Origin: Eledone cirrhosa | Lineage: Eukaryota | DNA: 64,000 nucleotides | NCBI GenBank assembly: GCA_964016885.1 | Contig: OZ024742.1 | Coordinates: 192,324,001-192,388,000 of the forward strand | Reading direction: 5' to 3' | In this document: one piece after another, positions 58,700-64,000 of the stretch | How positions within the stretch are numbered: the first letter of the stretch is position 1 | Layout: each line of letters begins with the position of its first letter | Translations under genes and position numbers: made by a program | Notes under the pieces: generated by a model | Seen by the model: only the letters and a program-made list of their open reading frames with translations | The model's database searches: none | What the model was told of the DNA's origin: nothing

Positions 58700-59940
58700 G
58701 GTATTAGTAGTGATAGTGGTGGTGGTGTCGTGACGGTGTGGGGCTGGCGTGGTGCTGGTGGTGGCGGTGTCGTGAGGGTGTGGAGGTAGTAGTTGTGGTG
58801 TGGTGGGGGTAGTTGTGGTGGTGTCGTGACGGTGTGGGACTGGCGTGGTGCTGGTGGTGGCGGTGTCGTGGTGGTGTCGTGAGGGTATGGAGGTAGTTGT
58901 GGTGTGGTGGGGGTAGTTGTGGTGGTGTGGTGGTGGTGTGGTTGTGGTGTCGTGGGAGTAGTTGTGGTGGTGTGGTGGTGGTGGTGTGGTTGTGGTGTCG
59001 TGAGGGTGTGGAGGTAGTTGTGGTGTGGTGGGGGTAGTTGTGGTGGTGTGGTGGTGGTGGTGTGGTTGTGGTGTCGTGGGAGTAGTTGTGGTGGTGTGGT
59101 GGTGGTGGTGGTGTGGTTGTGGTGTCGTGAGGGTGTGGAGGTAGTTGCTGTGGTGTGGTGGGGGTAGTTGTGGTGGTGTGGTGGTGTGGTTGTGGTGTCG
59201 TGGGAGTAGTTGTGGTGGTGTGGTGGTGGTGGTGGTGGTGGTGTGGTTGTGGTGCCGTGAGGGTGTGGCGGTAGTTGTGGTGGTGGTGTGGTGTATGTGT
59301 AGGGGTGGCGGTGTGGTGGGTGTGGGGGTAGTTGTGGCCACGATATTGATCATGGAGTTCTTGTTAGTGGTGGTTTGTTACTGTAATGGCGGTGACGTGA
59401 TAGTGATTTTTTTCTGATAATAATTGTAGTTAAGGCGGTGTTGTGGGTGGGAGGTGAGCTCTTAGTAGTGGTGGTAGTGATGATGATGATGGTGGTGGTA
59501 GTGGTGATGGTGGTATTGGTTTGGGTGGTGGTAGTGGAGGTGGTGGTCATAGTGATGGGGTGGTTTTGGTGGTGGTAGTGGTGGTGGTGGCCGTAGTGAT
59601 GGGGGTGGTTTTGGTGGTGGTAATGGTGGTGGTGGTCGTAGTGATGGGGGTGGTGGTCGTAGTGATGGGGGTGGTAGTGGTGGTGGGGGTGGTAGTGGTG
59701 GTGGTCGTCGTAGTGGTGGTGGTCGTAGTGATGGGGGTGGTCGTCGTAGTGATGGGGGTGGTAGTGGTGGTGGTGGTGGTCGTAGTGATGGGGATGGTAG
59801 TGGTGGTGGTGGTGGTCGTAGTGATGGGGGTGGTGGTCGTAGTGATGGGGGTGGTAGTGGTGGTGGTGGTGGTCGTAGTGATGGGGGTGGTAGTGGTGCT
59901 GGTGGTCGTCGTAGTGATGGGGGTGGTAGTGGTGGTGTAT
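58700..59940. repeat. GT-rich low-complexity tandem repeats
   Basis: Units such as ggtcgtagtgatgggggtggtagtggt. Confidence 0.88.
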
Positions 59941-59974
59941 CACCCTCAATAAATGTAATATCTCCACTATCCAG

Positions 59975-60066
59975 GAAGCCCCAACCGTTAGGGTTGTCTT
60001 TTTTTCCGCGTATGTCAATATTTATTTATAAAACAAATTTGTATTTTATCTGATGAAAGCGCACCA
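59975..60066 (+). mobile_element. Family H1 fragment truncated within hammerhead stem II
   Basis: tatgtcaatattta...ttataaaacaaatttgtattttatCTGATGAaagcgcacca then (TA)n; matches 26853-26915. Confidence 0.7.
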
Positions 60067-60101
60067 TATATGTATATATATATATATATATGTATATATA
60101 T

Positions 60102-60164
<63 letters not shown>

Positions 60165-60423
60165 GCGTGCGCGCGCGTGTGTGTATATTCTCAGCGTTTG
60201 ATATCAGTAAATTTGCCTTCGTACATTGTTTCAATACGGATGTCTGTCTGTTAATATGTCTGCCAGCCTGCTGGCAACTGGAATCTGTTGTCCAGTAAAC
60301 TAGTTAAAATGACGGAAAAGGTGTAAGTTAATGAGATCTTATTGTTCCTAATACCAAACTAGGACATTAATAAAGACTAATGTTTATTATCATTGTTTAT
60401 TAACCCTTACAGTAAACACAAAG

Positions 60424-60463
<40 letters not shown>

Positions 60464-60689
60464 ACACCAGGTTCGAATACAGAGCAGCCGAACTCCCACT
60501 ATCATCGCTTCCATCACTCTTGTCAACAGAGTTTTTTTTTTTATTTTGAACTATAAACTTCTTCTCTAGACCACTCTGAAGCTCTTGCTGGACATTCATG
60601 TGGACCTCGGTGACGAACAAACGTCCAGATAAATTGGACATCAAGCCACTCACGGAAAGTGTGTGCAAAATGAAGAGGAGCCTCATCTA

Positions 60690-60873
60690 GTTTGGCAGTA
60701 TCAGTGGATGGTCGGACGCCATGCTTTCCAGCATAGAGTTATGTCCCTTTACGGTCTGAGTTCAAATCACGTTGAGGTTAGCTTTGCCTTTCATCCTTAC
60801 GGGGTCGATGAAATAAAGTACCAGTAATGTACTGGGTAATTGCCGGCCTTGTGCCAAAAGTAGAAACAATTAT
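60690..60873 (+). mobile_element. Family A SINE
   Basis: Full head, core and 3' end. Confidence 0.88.
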
Positions 60874-61028
60874 TATGGGGTCATTGATGTTATTCCAAGT
60901 GATGACATTTTCAATTTTCAATAGGGAGTTTCTTTCCATCCACCCTATGTGTAAGTCTGTATGTGTGAGTGACTGTGTGTGTGTGTGAAAGAGAGAGAGA
61001 TAGATAGAGGGGGAGAGAGAGAGAGAGA

Positions 61029-61122
<94 letters not shown>

Positions 61123-61662
61123 CAACAAATGGATGAGAATAAGGAAAACAGGGCTCGTTCTAGTGTAGGAGAGCTGATATATTTATTTGTTAAGTTCATA
61201 CACAGAATATGAAAGGCCCTAACTTGGCCTTCAAGATCCAGTCATGTTTATCTACCCACAGTGTAAGGTTTTGCAAAATGCGTGTAGAAGCAATCAGAAA
61301 GCTGACCTAGTCATCAGGTGTTGTACTACCTAAGTCATGGTTCTTATCGCATCTCTACACATCATGCACCACTATGCACTATCTCCGGAAATGCACGTAA
61401 CTGGACTTGAGACTTAAGATAACACTATTCTGCGCCTGAACATGAATACTGTAAATTATATACATATGTATATATGTGTGGTTGCATATGTACTGCATAT
61501 AGATATATATATGTTCATATTACATCGTTATTTCAGAGCACCAATCCTAATACCTAATTTTTGCTGGACCGGCAATCGCTCTGTATAATCAGCTCCTGAT
61601 TATTACTGGAATTCTATAAGAATCCAGCTTCTATGATTTTCGGCAAAGGCTGGGATTACGTT

Positions 61663-61703
61663 GCTCTGATGATCACCAACAGTGTGAAACAGACTCTGTT
61701 AGC
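61663..61703 (+). ncRNA. Type-I hammerhead motif upstream of a repeated tail (61733-61831)
   Basis: gct-CTGATGA-t cac(caaca)gtg t-GAAA-cag(act)ctg-TT-agc; short stems. The tail recurs at 3661-3760 and, inverted, at 63194-63287. Confidence 0.6.
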
Positions 61704-61831
61704 TTCTCTCCCTTCTTTTGCTGGAAAAAAAGAAGTGACATAGTCACTGCTTTAAAAATGATAGCGCAAGGTCTTCAAAATTTGTTTAATTATACATACG
61801 GTATATTGCCAAATATACTATACATACATTC

Positions 61832-62970
<1,139 letters not shown>

Positions 62971-62972
<2 letters not shown>

Positions 62973-63176
62973 AACGAGTAGGACCACGACGGCTGAGCTC
63001 AAGCCGTCGAAACGGCTTGAGCTCAGCCGTCGGGGTCCTACTCGTTCCTATTACCCACTCTACTACCCTAAGTATTGTCGGGGTCCTACTCGTTCCTATT
63101 ACCCACTCTACTACCCTAAGTATTGAGTACTTTGGTGCGTTATGGTCCACCTGGTTCCTTACCACATTTCCTTCGT
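62971..63176 (+). mobile_element. Family P copy 5, with a shortened palindrome centre and a 48-bp tandem duplication
   Basis: Same motifs; 63029-63076 is repeated at 63077-63124; (TA)n on both sides. Confidence 0.88.
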
Positions 63177-63320
63177 TATATATATATATATATGAATGTA
63201 TGTATAGTATATTTGGCAATATACCGTATGTGTAATTAAACAAATTTTGAAGACCTGGCGCTATCATTTTTAAAGCAGTGTCTATGTTAAATAGTTCATT
63301 GCTTTACATAGCTATATACA

Positions 63321-63512
63321 ATAAATGTAACCTGAGTTTTTCGAATATTAATAATAATATTTGATTCGTTTGCAATTATCTAAACAGCCTTTCTGAGCCA
63401 TGTCAGTAGTATGACCCCAACCATTCTTGTTCTTGTGTTGGCATATAAATTGTATAATTGCAAACGAATTGAATAATATTATTAATATTCGAAAAACTCA
63501 GATTACATTTAT
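63321..63512. repeat. Fold-back inverted repeat; same arm family as 35271-35392
   Basis: 63321-63379 vs 63454-63512 with a 74-bp spacer. Confidence 0.88.
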
Positions 63513-63819
63513 ATGTTTACATATATAGAGACACACACATAATTATACGAACCTCCATGTGTATATAGAATGTATATTGAACCTCTATGTATATATAGAA
63601 TGCATATTGTTTTGATTCTCTTAATGCATGCGCTCGTGCACGCGTGCGTATGTATAAGCAGGGAGTGTGGGGGGGGGGGGGGGGGCAAAGAGAGTTAGAC
63701 AGACAGAAAGAAGAAAAGATATAGAAAGACATTCCCTTACACCCATCTTTTAAGTCGATGAGTCAGTAACCTGTCTTCTAATGAATTAATTCGATTCTCC
63801 AGAGGAAACTTTCAAAATA

Positions 63820-63981
63820 TAATTGTTTCTACTTTAGGCACAAGGCCAACAATTGCCCAGTGTATTACTGGTACTTCATTTTATCGACCCCGTAAGGATG
63901 AAAGGCAAAGTCAACCTCGGCGGGATTTGAACTCAGATCGTAAAGCATGGTGTCCGACTCTCTACCGATACTGCCAATCCA
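63820..63981 (-). mobile_element. Family A SINE with a small internal deletion
   Basis: Core and head on the minus strand. Confidence 0.88.
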
Positions 63982-64000
63982 CAGCCTCAAAATAAAATGA

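Noticed and set aside
60467-60690. Higher-GC unique stretch that might be an exon
   Set aside because: No convincing splice pair or recognisable peptide.

Overview
AT-rich, microsatellite-saturated animal genomic DNA; the SINE families and repeat landscape suggest a cephalopod (Octopus-like), which is an inference. The only host coding sequence I can support is one 72-bp internal exon (13537-13608, +) encoding [24 protein letters not shown] from the PTB domain of NOS1AP/CAPON, so the rest of the window is probably intronic. Nearly all long ORFs in the track are translations of simple repeats. Mobile DNA comprises an internally deleted mariner with ~104-bp TIRs, a TA-flanked Tc1/pogo-type MITE, two R4/Dong-like and two CRE-like restriction-like-endonuclease (RLE) retrotransposon 3' fragments, a CR1/L2-type fragment and more than 20 tRNA-derived SINE copies. 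The main unexplained signal is about 11 type-I hammerhead ribozyme motifs of the minimal kind associated with Penelope-like elements. They sit in short cassettes between or near (TA)n tracts, and five lie co-oriented within 26.5-29.6 kb. With them are a five-copy family whose hammerhead appears converted into a palindrome, several fold-back hairpins, and inverted duplications of flanking DNA across (TA)n tracts. Together these suggest a (TA)n-targeting, hammerhead-bearing non-autonomous retroelement system with a fold-back integration signature. All structures were folded by eye; none was computed.
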